Made by a program: the position numbers and the translations under genes. Below, piece after piece: positions 42,037-60,380 of a stretch of DNA of 64,000 nt (position 1 is its first letter; each line of letters opens with the position of its first letter). The notes beneath the pieces were generated by a model, which did not search any database, was not told the DNA's origin, and saw only the letters and a program-made list of their open reading frames with translations. Source of the stretch: the human T2T-CHM13v2.0 reference genome, Homo sapiens; NCBI RefSeq assembly GCF_009914755.1, contig NC_060925.1; one strand, 5' to 3'.

Positions 42037-42345
42037 TTTTTTTTTTTTTTTTTTTTTTTTTTGAGACAGGGTCTCGCTCTGTCACCCAGGCTGAAGTGCA
42101 GTGTCATGATCTTGGCTCACTGTAACCTCCACCTCCCGGGTTCAAGCAATTCTCCTGCCTCAGCCTCCTGAGGAGCTGGGATTATAGGCGCACCCCACCA
42201 TGCCTGGCTAATTTTTGTATTTTTAGTAGAGACAGGGTTTCACCACGTTGCCCAGGCTAGTCTCGAACTCCTGAGCTCAGGTGATCCACCTGCCTCAGCC
42301 TCCCAAAGTGCTGGGATTACAGGCATGAGTCACTGCACCTGGTCC
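42037..42345 (-). mobile_element. Alu (AluS)
   Basis: Reverse Alu; TSD TGCT(T/C)AGCTTTTT. Confidence 0.95.
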
Positions 42346-42443
42346 CTGCTCAGCTTTTTTGATGGATATATTGGGAACTAGATTCCTATGAAGTCAGGCA
42401 GGCCCCAGATACTGATCAAATATTGCATCTACTCTCAAAATTT

Positions 42444-42888
<445 letters not shown>

Positions 42889-43266
42889 GAAGGTAGATTA
42901 CTATTCAAAAGAGGAAGTAGTTTTAGGATTGGGAGGATAAAGAAACCAGAGTCAGGACTCCCCTGGGGACAAAGAGGAAAGAAGTAAATTGTTGCAAGAT
43001 ATTTGTCTAGGGTTTTTCTGGTTTGAGAAGTAAGGACTGGAGTATTAGGAAGTCACAAAAGTTGCTGTCTGTTCATTTGGTGATACATTAAAGGTAAGGA
43101 GCACCTTCCCTGTAACTACAGCTCAGAGGATCAGTTCTTGTGACATTCCTTCTCCACATGCTGACCGGGCCTCTGTCTCAAAAAAAAAAATTTTTTTTCA
43201 AAAATATAAATCTCTCTTAAAAACATGTAACTCATGTACATTAAAGTTTTGAAATGTTTATGTTGA

Positions 43267-43662
<396 letters not shown>

Positions 43663-43694
43663 CATATTCATGTACTTTAAATAAAGTACTTTGA

Positions 43695-44111
<417 letters not shown>

Positions 44112-44627
44112 TGACTCTACCATCTAGCTTACAATATTTTCAATTGAGAAATTACTCTTTCTTCAGGTGGTGAGGCTTATGGTAAGCTCAGAACAAATTC
44201 TGCTAAATGAAGGAAATTCTCAATATTATTCTTTTTATTTGAAATGTGTAAATATTTCAGCATAAGTATTTTCCCAGATATGATACCTCCTGTTTGCCTC
44301 CATTCAGAGTAGATGTCTTTAACTAATAGTTTTGTAAGACAAAACTTGTTAGTAAGTTGTCTCCATACTTTAAAATATTTTGTATATAGATGCTTCACAA
44401 TTATTAGTTTTTGCAGTTTCATTCCATTCTGGCATAGAATACAAATTTATGAAATTGTTTTTACAAAAAGCTTCATCAAAAGATTATTCCAGAAATGTAG
44501 ATATTCTAAGGCACAATTATAGAATTTCAAAATTAAACACTGTAAATGGATTAAGCTTTCCTTATTTATTCACTCAAGTCTTCCCTTGCTTTTATAGGAT
44601 AAATTTTAATATCTCTTTGCTTCCAAG

Positions 44628-44762
44628 TTTTTGTTTTGTTTTTAGAGACAGGGTCTCACTATGTTGTCCAGGTTGGACTCGAACTTGTAGGCTCAAGAAA
44701 TTCTTCTGCTTCTGCCTCTTGAACGCCTGGCACTACAGACACTCTCCCATGTCTGGCTTGGT
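44628..44762 (-). mobile_element. FLAM / Alu left monomer
   Basis: AGAGACAGGGTCTCACTATGTTGTCCAGG, single monomer. Confidence 0.75.
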
Positions 44763-45965
44763 TCCAAGTTTTGTTTTTAATAATAGCGTTTCTCTAAAAG
44801 TTTTCTAGAACATTTCTGCTTTATAGATTTCTTATTTATCAATAAACTAATTGACAATAAATATAATGTGTGCATCACCAGAATTTGTATTTATATGATC
44901 CTCACAAATTTTGTCACTGAATTTGCAATAGCAGACACAATAAAGTCAGATGAACTTTCAAAAGCTTTGAGTCACTGAATTTCATGAAAATATTGAACAA
45001 TTATTGGAATTAATTAAATTTTAATTTGAAGCAGCTGGTGACACATAAAACAGAAATCATGAGCTGTTTGCAGAGTTCTGTTAATTAAACCAAATATATT
45101 AGCAGCTATTGCTTCATATTTCATGCCTGTCGAAGAAAAGCTTAAAATAACAGCTAAGGTTTGAAGTAAATTCTGGGGCCTCCTTAACATATTTATGTCT
45201 TCTAATTTTCATTACTATAGGCCCCAAGGAGGCTGGTAAATGTTGGCAAATATTTTATGCACGTTATATTTCATCGTCAACTTTATTTAGAAATGAGAAA
45301 TCTGCATTTGAAATTTCATTAAACATGCTTTTTTGCTTTGTTTTGTTTTTTGAGCTCTTTGTTGCTGAGAGAGTTCATCACAACATTTTTGAAAAGTGCT
45401 ACCAAATGATAGGGTAAATAAATAGTTGTAGATTTACCCTATCTAGTATATGCCAAAACCATTTTAGCAGGATTGCTCACACTACTTTGTGTAAGCTTTA
45501 TGGTAGGCATGCTTAGCCTCCACTTCCTGCATGTATTTCACATTCACCACGTTTCTAATTTCCCACATTTCACACTGACCCCACTGTCTGGCAGATTGGC
45601 AGCCTTGTGCCTTAATCATCTTGCAGGCCCCACCTGGGGCCAAGGCACAACTGACTCATACACCAGATGGGTGCCAGGGACAGCAGCAACAAATATTTCT
45701 CCCACATCCTTTGGGATGAAAAGTTAGTTGTCCTAAGTCACCGTATGCAACCACACTTTGTTTTTTCAAGCCAGCATGAGATATGCCGCTATCCTTAAAA
45801 TGGAGGAGTTAGTTACCTGTGCCTTAAGAAAGGTTTAAGAAAGGTGAAAGAAGTTATCACTGATAGCTCAGACTTAACCACTTGTTAAGTGTTGAACTCT
45901 GTTTATGGCACATGTATCTCACACACTACTAGGGAAGACTATGCTACAATATGGAAGTACAAAGT

Positions 45966-46387
45966 TGATGCAGGGCAGATGATCCCCAAATTGGGGTTCA
46001 GCCAGGATGGAATTCAAGGGTAAGCCAGCGGTAGGTATTGAAGTGGCGGAGTTACAGCTCCAGCAGTCCTGCAGCTCTGTGACTGCTCCTGCAGAGCAGG
46101 GCTGCTCCACAGGCAGTGTGCTGAGAGTAGTAGCTGAGGGCAGTTCTGAAGTCAAATTTATACCCACTTTAATTTACATGCAAACTAAGAGGCGATTAAC
46201 GCAGAAATTCCTAGAAAAAGGGTGGTAACTTCTGGGTGTTGCCATGGCAATGGTAAACTGACATGGCACACTGGTGGGCATGTCTTATATGGAAAGGTGT
46301 TTCCACCCCATCCCTGTTTTAACTAGTCCTCAATTAGGTCAGGTGTCTGAGCCCTGCCTCCAGAGTCGAGTCCTACATCCTATTTCA
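45966..46387 (-). mobile_element. ERV1-class solo LTR (subfamily uncertain)
   Basis: TG...CA ends; 4-bp TSD AAGT (45962-45965, 46388-46391); GTTGCCATGGCAATGGTAAACTGACATGGC motif typical of ERV1 LTRs. Confidence 0.8.
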
Positions 46388-47228
46388 AAGTTATCCACTA
46401 AACCAGTCCTGGCTTATTTTAACGCAGCTAATAATAATAATCTTTTGTTAAAGCAACAACAGCAATAACTCTGGGACACATGTTAAACCAGAGAGGTGCC
46501 AGGAAAATAGAAGTCAACCAGGAAATATGTATATGTTATCTGTTGACCACACAGATGCCTGCTTCATTCATAAAATGGATTTCTGTAATCTACCCCAATA
46601 CCTAGGTATGGCCTCAAATTAAACATTAAAAAAAAATTTTCCATGTTATTCTTAGGGGCACTAAAGCTGTATTCCTGATTTAGGGAATTCCTTCACTTTC
46701 ATTCCAAGATGTGAAGACACGTGGTCATAGAGCTCAGGAGAATCATGCACCTTAGTCCATGGTTAATCTAACACCTGGGTCAAAACTATTATTGAAAATG
46801 AGATAGAGACAAATTGATCCTTAACTTAGTCACACGATGATAAAAACTTGCTCCTTGAGCAAACTTGTCTTGCAAGTCGCGAGGTTTATTTTGGCTGTAA
46901 CATTGTCTTTTTGGAAACTTGGGCTCGTAAAAGCCACTTTTCTTGAGGATCAAGCTTCCAACCAAGAAAGGGAAAATGTAACATACATTGATTTTCACAC
47001 TTTGGAAGAAATAAGCATTAGATAAGCATTTTTCCTAAGGAGCTACTGAGATTTTAAAAATATATAAATCATTTTAGTTCCTTCGTAAAAATGATTATTG
47101 CAAGAGTTATAAGAATGTGTTTTAAATTTCTGGGAAGTAATTGATTCCAGAATGATGATGTTTTCTCTTTTCAAAGTTTTTAAATTTGCTTTTCTTCCCT
47201 GATTAACTTGTGTTAATTTTTAGAAATA

Positions 47229-48589
<1,361 letters not shown>

Positions 48590-49469
48590 TATCTCAATCT
48601 TGCTGACTTCAGCTGTAAAATGAGGATCTAGACTAGTGGATGTTCAGTGTTCATTCTAGTTTCCCAAACTCATCTTTTATGTCTTTTTTGAATATCTGGA
48701 ATTTCATATTGTGTGTTATTGTATGATTTTGTTAATATGAAAGATTATTTAAGCTGTAGGATTATGAGCCTTTTTTTCTTTCTTTTTTCTCACTTTAAAC
48801 AACCAAATGTTATTCTAAAGAAAGTGTGAGCAAACACATTAGATACACTGAGGGAAAAGACAGAGGAAGACAGAGAATGCAGTGAGTCAGAGTGTGTGGG
48901 ACAAAATAGGTTACTTTCAAAGACTTTTTTAGGTATAGAGAATCACCTAGTGGTAGGAATAGAAAAAGCTTTTTAAAAGTGTAAGGTCCTTTTTCTTGGG
49001 CTTCAGTTCATATCACTGAGTAGTAGTCATATGGTTTGTGATCAATTTCTTTAAAATGTACCAAGATGTTGAATATTTATCTATTTGTAATTGACTTTAT
49101 TTAAATTATGGCAATATGTTGAATATGTAATGTTTTTTCCAAGCCTTTCTTCTCTAAAAGGACTCAGAATATCCTAATGTCAAGCTTTGAAAATTAATTA
49201 TTGCTCCAAAGAATGTGTTAAATTCATTGTTTTATCATCAAAAGAAGTCTAGAAATGTGCAAAACCAGCATGAAAGCATGATCATTATCTACCAGAGCCC
49301 TCTCTTAAATTACCAGTGACAGGCAAATCCCATTATGATTACACTTTTAATTTCACAGGTAAGGTCACTGAGGTTCCATCTACATAATGTAAGTTTTTGC
49401 AATATTTGGAGGACCAAGATAGATTTTTCACTGGTCAAAAAGAATACATCAAGTGTATGGCACCTTCCA

Positions 49470-49955
49470 TTTACTTTGGGTTCTTTCAGAAGCAGAGACT
49501 AAGATAGATTTGGTGGACATAGTTTATTTGGGTGATGATTCCAGGAAGCAAAATGGTAGAGGGGTGGGGTCAGGGAGAGTGAGACAGGGAAGAAGGAAAA
49601 GTATAAGGATGCAATGTCACCATTTGTAGCAGTAAGTACCTGGGGTTTGATTCTTTTGGATCTCTCGGAATTGCCCAAGTGAAAGATGGAACACTGGGGC
49701 ATTTGTTCACTGGCTTCTGATCCCATTGGTTGAGAACTGCCCCTGGAAGCTGTAACTGTCTCCACATTTCCAGGCCATGGTTGTGTGCTGGCTGAGCAGG
49801 CTCCTTTATCTTCTGAGAAAGCTCTGGAGTAGAGACACACCAAGAAACTGGTGACTTGCACTTGAGCTGGAAAGAGTCTGTGCCCACAAAGAATTGCCTA
49901 GCACATCTGTGGCTGAAATCAGAAATGGGCCAAGTAGGTGACATGAAGGTAATTG
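49470..49955 (-). mobile_element. LTR16-type (ERVL) LTR
   Basis: TAGTTTATTTGGGTGATGATTCCAGGAAGCA...GTGAGACAGGGAAGAAGGAAA, LTR16-family signature. Confidence 0.7.
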
Positions 49956-50774
49956 TTAGTCCACCTCTTACCCTGTTCAGATCTATTTGTCCCTATATGG
50001 TGGCCATAATATCTAAAAAAGACTTTGTACAGAGAGTTAATGGAATGAGCTGTGGTCCCTGCTATTACAACTGGTCCCAAGCTCCAAATGACATTTGTCA
50101 GTTGTCTCATCCACCACCCACTCTCGATTTCCCTATCCTTGATCAGCATTATCTGATCTATTAATAATTTATTTGCCTGATGGGGGAATCCCAGAATTTC
50201 ATCCCAGAGGGTCTGGCCTTGGGTCGCCTTTCCTTTGTTGGGCTGTGACGGCTGCATTTGCTTGCTCACTGTTTTCACTAGACATAAAAGCATATGGAGG
50301 TACCCCAGTGGATGCCCTGAGTTCCATATTCTTCCATGTCCCTTTATGTACCAGCAAGTCTAGTTTCTCATGATAATCAGGATTGACTAACCTTACCAGT
50401 ATTACAACTCTTTTCTTTTCCTGCTGGTCTACCCACATAAGGAAAACAAAGAGACGAGTTACAGCATCAGGTTTTGTGGAACCCTTATGTGTCACTAGGA
50501 GTAGTGTTCCCCACTCCCCACTTTACCCAGTAAAGCCTAAGGTAGAAGGAAAGGGAAGAACATGTGGATTATTTGTAGTGATAGTGAGAAGAGCCAATTC
50601 TTTTTCCATTTCTTAGCTTCTAGACTTGTATATTTTAGCTATTGGGGACATAGCTTGATACACTAGTTCAATGCTGATAGTGCACTGTGAAGAATAGTTT
50701 TCCCATTCTATAGGATGAACTCCTGCTTTAGTGAAGCCACAAGTAAGCCATTCCAATATGGTATCTTATTACTA

Positions 50775-51555
<781 letters not shown>

Positions 51556-53343
51556 ATCAGACCACTTACTTTCAAGAAATAGGTAGAAGATGGTAGAACC
51601 AGTGAATCTTATGATCATGTACATATTTCTCAGTCAAATGGGTCCCTTGGTCCAAGGCAATCTTATGCAGGATCCCACGGGTGTGAATCAGGTATTCTGT
51701 CAACATTCAGAGGGCAGTGCTGGCACAGCTACTGCAGAGAGAGTAGGTATCATTTCCTTCAAGGTGGACGGGATCCAATGCAATTTACTAGCCACCAAGG
51801 AGCTGGTTGTTTTTACTTAGGATTGTTCCATACTGAGAACCTAGTGTCAGTATGCTACTGACAGGGTGGTTATTTAGCAAAAATGGTGGCTAGACCAGTT
51901 TAGAGAGGATGAGAGGCAGTCCATGCTGTTCGACCCATCTATAGCCACTAGCCCCGATAGCATAGCTGCTCTGATGATGAGACTGTTGTGCAAACGCTTT
52001 GGTAATGAAGGACACTCACTGGACAATCCACCAGAAAAATTGTCCTGTCCACCTGGTTGTTTCCTGTCTTACCTATGGTGGATGCTCTCTAGTGGGTATT
52101 GACAAAAGATGCAAGACCCCCACAATCTTTTTCCGTTCCTAAAAGGTCTATCTACAATCCTCTTCTTTAAATCTCTATGTCTACAATAATTTAATGTTGT
52201 TCCTATCAGCCAAATTATTTGCCCAGCAATATATTCTAACCTTGGACCACCTTTTCTCCATATGAAGTAGATGATCTGCTGTTCTGCTCACAGCTCTGCC
52301 CTTTGAAGTCCCCTGTTGTGGTGTTGTAGGGAGCAGCCACCTATTTTCAAGACATACCAACATATGAAGCCAACCTATCTGTGAACCACAATCAGGTGTT
52401 TTTTGGGTGGGCTACTTTTGGGGAACTCACCACAAGGCCATAGATGGGTATTGAGAGAGAAAGCCTTTGTGAAACAGAGTAGGTGACTTATGGCTTGCTA
52501 TTTATGTTAAGTTATTTATGCGTTTTCAACCTGCTTGGGCCTCATCCTAGGATGGTTTGCTGCCACATCCGCTAGAACCCATGACTTGGTAGATCTGGCA
52601 ATATTCAGGTAGTGATGGACTGTTCTGGTTATACACCTGATGTTACAAGGTCAGGTGCTCAGTGTCTGCTGGCCCAGTAGCACAACAGGAGCTGCTTTTC
52701 AAATGATAAGTCATTCTCTAGTGGAGAAAACATGACCTTGTTCCAGAATACTAGGGAGCCTGTGCAATGAATCTCTCATTGAGACATGCCAGACGGTCGG
52801 CCTTAATTTGCCATGGGTATCTCTAGCATTGTAGATCTGCCAGATGATATGGCCAAGTGCTGGATGCTTGCTTCATTTTGCACTGTAGTTGCTTTCAGCT
52901 TTCTGCTGGGCCAATACGTGAGTTTTTCTTGTTATAGAAATCAAGCAAAACTCAAGTGTGTTAGCCATCTATCTCTTACCTAGAAACATAATAGTCTATT
53001 AGTCATAACCACAGATCCCTGGACTCTATTTCTATTCCAGCTGTGCTGTCCATTGCAGCAACTACTTTCACCTTGCCATTGACAAGGTTATTAAGCACTG
53101 GCCCTGGCCTAGGCCATTCTAGATTTCTATTCATGCCATTCTATAGCAGCATCTTCTACTGTCAACCCTGGCCTATAGAGGTCAGCCACCACTGGACAGC
53201 TTAAAGATGTTGGTGTCCCCCTTTCTAGACATTCTTTGTTGTCTTAGTGGAGGCAATATCCTTTGGTCCCTTCTAGAAATAATAATCTGGTGGTGATCTT
53301 AGGTAATAAATCCAGTCTAACTTTCCCACCTCATGAAGATTGC

Positions 53344-53637
53344 TTTTTTTTTTTTTTGATGGAATTTTGCTCTTGTCGCACACGCTAGAGTGCAGTGGTG
53401 GGATTTTGGCTCATAGCAAACTCAGCCTCCCAGGTTCAAGCGATTCTTCTGCCTCAGCCTCCTAAGTAGCTGGGATTACAGGCATGTGCCATCATGCTTG
53501 GCTAATTTTGTATTTTTAGTAGAGATGGAGTTTCACCGTGTTGGTCATGCTGGTCTCAAACTCCTGACCTCAGGTGATCTGCCTGCCTTGGCTTCCAAAA
53601 GTGCTGAGATTACAGGCATAAGCCACCATGCCCAGCC
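53344..53637 (-). mobile_element. Alu (AluSq-like)
   Basis: Reverse Alu; TSD-like AAGA(T/C)TGCT. Confidence 0.9.
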
Positions 53638-54396
53638 CCTAAAGACTGCTATTCCTACCCTTAGTACTGGTAACTATGGTTTTAGCATATCAACCCTACT
53701 TGCTAAAGGTCATCATCACGTTCAGACTTCAAGAAGCCATCCAGAATGGCACATTCAGAATTTAACATTCTTGCCAGAACGTTAAATCCCAAATCACGAG
53801 AGTGCTCCCATGTCAGTAAGCCCTAGCCTGTCCAACCTTATATTCTGTACTCCCTCTCCTCCCAGCCTCCTCAAGATCAACTTTCAAGCATGTCCTGATT
53901 CCTGCTTGTACTTATTACCCAGGTCCTGCAACTCTTTTGGTGAGGAAACCATTCCCTCCCAGAGTAGGAAGAGGTGTGGAGACAATTGGGGGAGGTGGAA
54001 GTGGGCGCAGGAGAGAAGTGACTAGGAAAGTGATCATGCAAGGATAAGCCTTAGGTGGACCCACTGACGTATTCTCACCTCAGATCTCACAATTCTACCC
54101 CATCCATATCAAGGCCCTAACATTAGCAAGGAAAACTCTGCCATGAGACCACCCAGAAGGCTGTTGAGTAATAAAGGCAAGAATTGACAGTAGTCAGGAC
54201 AAGGTACTGGGCAGTGAGAATGGAGAACATGGGAGAGATGGGGAATATTTGTGTATTTGTGGGAGATATAATTGATAGGATATACGAAAGGAGTAGGGGG
54301 TTGATTCTAAAGTTTCAAACTTAGTTAGCTGTGTGAACGAGGATATCATTTACGGAGATGGGGAAGTAGTAAAAAGAGCAGGTGTGGAGGAATTCC

Positions 54397-54500
54397 TTTT
54401 TTTTGAAGACAGTCTTACTCTGTCGCCCAGGCTGGAGTGCAGTGGTGTGATCCCAGCTTACTGCAGCCTTGACCTCCTAGGCTCAAGTAATCCTCCCACC
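54397..54500 (-). mobile_element. Alu fragment (AluJ right arm)
   Basis: CTCTGTCGCCCAGGCTGGAGTGCAGTGG...TCCTCCCACC, then an abrupt end. Confidence 0.85.
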
Positions 54501-54838
54501 TGGTGGCTGTCCAGTGAATTTTTAATTCGGCCATTGTATGTTTTATCTTTAACAATTTTGCTTTTCTTTTATATTTTTCCACCTCTCTTCTCAAAATGCC
54601 ACGTTTTCTGTTAAATTTTCAGCATGTTGAATAGTATTTATAAAAGCTGTTTTAAGATCTGTGTCTGCTAAATTTATCATTACTCTCATTTCACTGGACA
54701 GGATTAATAGCAGATTAGATATTACAGAAGAGAGAATCAGTAAACTTGAAGATGAAGCAATAGGTTCTATCCAAAATGAAATACAGACAGAAAAAAGGCT
54801 GGGAAAATGGCCTCTAAAACCACATTAAATCATCTTAA

Positions 54839-55251
<413 letters not shown>

Positions 55252-55471
55252 TCAAGGAGCTCAACTAACTTCAAGCAGAATAAATACAAATAAAATCATA
55301 TCAAATCATAACACTAGAAAACCAAAAGGATAACGAGAAAATCTTATTGTAGCCAGAGTAAAAGGATATGTGGGGAAGAATAAAAATAAGGAAAATATGG
55401 ACCTCTTATCAGGAACTACACAAACCAGAAGACAATGGATGACTCCTGGAAAGCACTTTAAGAAGAGAACA

Positions 55472-55765
55472 GGCTGGACACAGTGGCTCACATCTGTAAT
55501 CCCAGCACTTTGGGAGACCGAGGTGGATGGATCACTTGAGGTCAGGAATTCAAGACCTGCCTGGCCATCATGGTGAAACCCTGTCTCTACTAAAACTACA
55601 AAAATTAGCTGGGCATAGTGGCGCATGCCTGTAATCCCAGCTACTCGAGGTGGAGGCAGGAGAATCACTTGAACCCGGGAGGCGGAGGTTGCATTGAGCC
55701 GAGATTGCATCACTGCACTTCATCCTTGGTGACAGAGCGAGAGTCAAAAAAAAAGAAAGAAAAAA
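55472..55765 (+). mobile_element. Alu (AluS)
   Basis: Forward Alu consensus. Confidence 0.95.
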
Positions 55766-56319
55766 TCAGAACAAAACAAACCACCCAACAACACAGAATT
55801 CCCAGCAAAAATATCTTTCAAAAATAAGGATAAATCAAAAATGTTCAGACACGTAAAAGCTGAAGAAATTTACTGCCACAAAAAAAGAATTTCTTCAGGC
55901 AAAAGGAAAATGATAATAGATAGAAACTTGGAATGAAGTTCATCAGAAATTATAAATAGTTGGGTTATATAACAGTAATTTCCTGTAGTTTTAAAGGTTT
56001 CTTTATAACATAATTAATGGTTTAAATAAAAGATAATAATATGATAAGATTTACAATATATGAAGTAAAATGTATAACAACAATAGTATAAAAGCTGAGA
56101 AGGGGAAAATAAAACATATGGTAACATTATATATAAAGTGGTATAATGTTATTTGAAGGTAGACTCTGATAAGTTAAGGATATATACGATCAACCTCAGA
56201 GCTACCACTGCAAATAAAAACAAAACCAAAAAGCTATAGCTATAAGCCAATATTGTAGAGAAAAATAAATCATAAAAATTCTCATTACTGTATTCCATAA
56301 GAAACCTAGAAAAAAACCT

Positions 56320-56545
<226 letters not shown>

Positions 56546-57479
56546 AGAAACCTAGAAAAAAACCCAAATAATAGGTAGGAAAACAAAAACAAATAGCAAG
56601 ATTTAAAAGAACCATATCAAACATTGCTTTAAATATAAATATTCTAAACAGCTCAACTAATATAGCAGAGATCGCAAAACTAAATAAAAAAGAACTCAAC
56701 TATGCTGCCTACAAAAACCATACTTCAAATATAGACACAAATGGGTGGCCTCTTCATCTTTGATAAAGCACTGACATCTCCATCCTAGTAAGCAGAACTT
56801 GAGTTCTAAAAACAAATAAATAAATAAGTATATAAATAAAAGTAAAGGGATGAAATAAGATATATAAACAATAAACAAAAGAAAGCTGGAGTAGCTATGT
56901 CAGTATTAGAGAAAGTAAATTTCACAACAAGGAATATATCTAGAGATCAAAAGGATATTGCATAATAATAAAAGTATAATTCAGTAAGAATAACAATTTG
57001 TGTACACTTCTAATAACAGCTCCAAGTTATATGAACCAAAATCTGAATTGGCAGGAATAAATAGATAAACTCACAATTATAGTTGGAAATTTCAATACTC
57101 CTCTTTCAGTAATTGATAGAGCAAGTAGATGCAAAATCTTAATGATAGAGAATACAAGATTGACATAATTGATATTTATAGAACACTTCATACACAAAAT
57201 GTAAAATACACATTTTCCTAAGGGCATCGGGAATACCCAGTAAGCTTGACAACATACTGAGACTTGGTTAAGTCTCATTAAATTTAAAATGATTGGGACC
57301 ATGCAGAGTATGTTCTCTAATCGCAACAGAATTAAATTAAGATTTACAATAGAAAAATATCTAGAAAATTTACAAATATTTGGTAATTAAGCATTATACT
57401 TTTAAATAATCCACAGGTCAAATAAGAAATCATAAGAGAAGTTAGAAAATATTTAAAAAGGAATACAAATGAAAATACG

Positions 57480-57740
57480 GGGGAGTTGTGGCTGATGCCT
57501 GTAATCCCAGCACTTTTGGGAGGTTGAGGCATGATGCTAGCTTGAGGCCTAGAGTTTGAGACCTGCCTGAGCAACACAGTGAGATCCCATCTCAACAAAA
57601 AGCAAAAAGCTTAGCTGAGCATGGTGGCATGTGCCTGTAGTCCTAGCTACTCAGGAGGCTGAGATGGAAGGATTGCTTGTGCCAGGAGTTTGAGGCTGTC
57701 ATGAGCTATGATCACATCACTACACAGCGAGACCCTGTTT
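57480..57740 (+). mobile_element. Alu (AluJ)
   Basis: Diverged forward Alu. Confidence 0.85.
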
Positions 57741-58249
57741 CTAAGGGGGGAAAAGGGGAAAAGACAACAAACAAATTTTGGGGGTCAGGTAAAGCTAAAA
57801 TATTTATATTAAAAAAAAAGAAAGGTCTAAAATCAATTATTTAAGCTTCCAGTTTAAGTAGCTAGTAAAAAAAGAAAAACTTAAAGTATTAAGATGAGCA
57901 CAGAAATCAATAAAATAGAAAATGGACAATCATATACATAAATCAATAAAATTAAAAGTTGGTTCTTTGAAAAGATCAATAAAGTTGGTAAAATTTTAGC
58001 TGAATGATGAGAGGGAAGTGGGTAGAGAGAACACAAATTACCAGCGTCAGGGATGAAAGAGAGAACATTACATATTACAAGTCCATTAAAAGGATGATAG
58101 AATAATCTGAAAAACAATGTACCAATAATTTTGACAACATAGATAAAATAGAAAAAATCTTTGAAGGACAGAACCTACTAAAACTGTGTAAAATAAAATA
58201 GAACATTCAAAAAACGCTTTTTCAATGACAAAATTTAATTTATCTCCCT

Positions 58250-58526
58250 TTCTTTTTGAGACAGGATCTTTCTCTTACCCCAGCTGGAGTGCTGTGGCAT
58301 GACCACAGCTCACTGCAGCCTTCACCTCCTGGGCCCAAGTGATCATCCTGCCTCAGCCTCCTAAGTAGCTGCATTTGCCACCATGCCCATCTAAGTGTTA
58401 TTGATTTTGTAGAGACAGGGTCTTCCTATGTTGCACAGGCTGGTCTTAAACTCCTGGTCCTAAGCTATCCTCATGCCTCGGCCTCCTAAAGTGTTGGCAT
58501 TATAGGCATGAGCCTCTGCTCCTAGC
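58250..58526 (-). mobile_element. Alu (AluJ)
   Basis: Diverged reverse Alu. Confidence 0.85.
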
Positions 58527-58673
58527 AAAAAGTTTAATTTCCAATTAAGACCCCCCACAGAGAAAATTCTAGGCTCAAGCACTAAAGAATAAATGATACC
58601 AATTCTACACAAACTCTTTCAGAAAAGGCATGAGGAGGAAACACTTCTCAACTAATTTTATGAGGTCAGATTA

Positions 58674-59006
<333 letters not shown>

Positions 59007-59415
59007 TTAAACCAGAGCAGTTTGTAATCATGCTTAATGACATAATTAGAAGGAAAAATATGAACCAATATCTTACCTGTACATAGCTGCAAAAATCATC
59101 AGCAAATATTACCAAATCAAATCCATCAATATATAAGAAGGATAATATACTATGACCAAGTCAGACATATAACAGAAATACAAGGTTATTTTAACGTTTG
59201 AAAATCAAACAATGACATCTTCATATTAATCAAATAAAAAAGAACTACTCTATGATTATCTAAATAGATGCAGAAAAGTCATTTGATAAAATCCAACATC
59301 TAATCATGATAAGAATTCAACAAACTGGAATAGAAGGAAACTTCCTCAGTCTGATAAAGGGCATCTACAAAAACCTACAGCTATTAGTGCTGAAAGACCA
59401 AATGCTTTTCGTTAA

Positions 59416-59816
<401 letters not shown>

Positions 59817-59948
59817 GAAAATAGGGAAGAAAAATAAAGAGGAAACACACAGGTTGGAAAGAAAGAAGTAAAACTGTGTTGATTCACAGATAACACACGT
59901 AGAAAATACCAATCAATCTACAAAAGAGCTACTAGAACTATAAAGACA

Positions 59949-60380
59949 TGTTACAGGTTCAACTGTGCTCCCTCCATTCCCCCAATGTATATGTTGAACT
60001 CCTAGTCCCCAGTATTTCAGAATGTGACTTTATTTGGAGAGAGGGTCTTTACAGAGTCAAAATGAGGTCATTAGGTTGGGCCCTAATCCACTATTTCTGG
60101 AGTCCTTATAAAAAGGGGACATTATGAAATAGACATGCATACAGGGAGAATGCCATGTGAATGTGAGGATGGCCATCTGCAAGCTAGGGAGAGAGGCTTA
60201 GAGCAGATCTTTCCCTCATAGCCCTGACAGGGAACCAATCCTCCCAAAACCTAGATTTTTTTTTCCCCCCAGAGATGAAGTCTCACTCGGTTGGCCAGGC
60301 TGGAGTGCAGTGGCATGATCTCGGCTCACTGCAACCTCCGCCTCCTGGGAGATAAATTGATTTCTATTTACAAGCCACAA
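59949..60380 (+). mobile_element. MLT1 (MLT1B-like) LTR with an Alu fragment at 60256-60348
   Basis: TGTTACAGGTTCAACTGTG...CAGAATGTGACTTTATTTGGA...AAATGAGGTCATTAGGTTGGGCCCTAATCCA. Confidence 0.85.
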
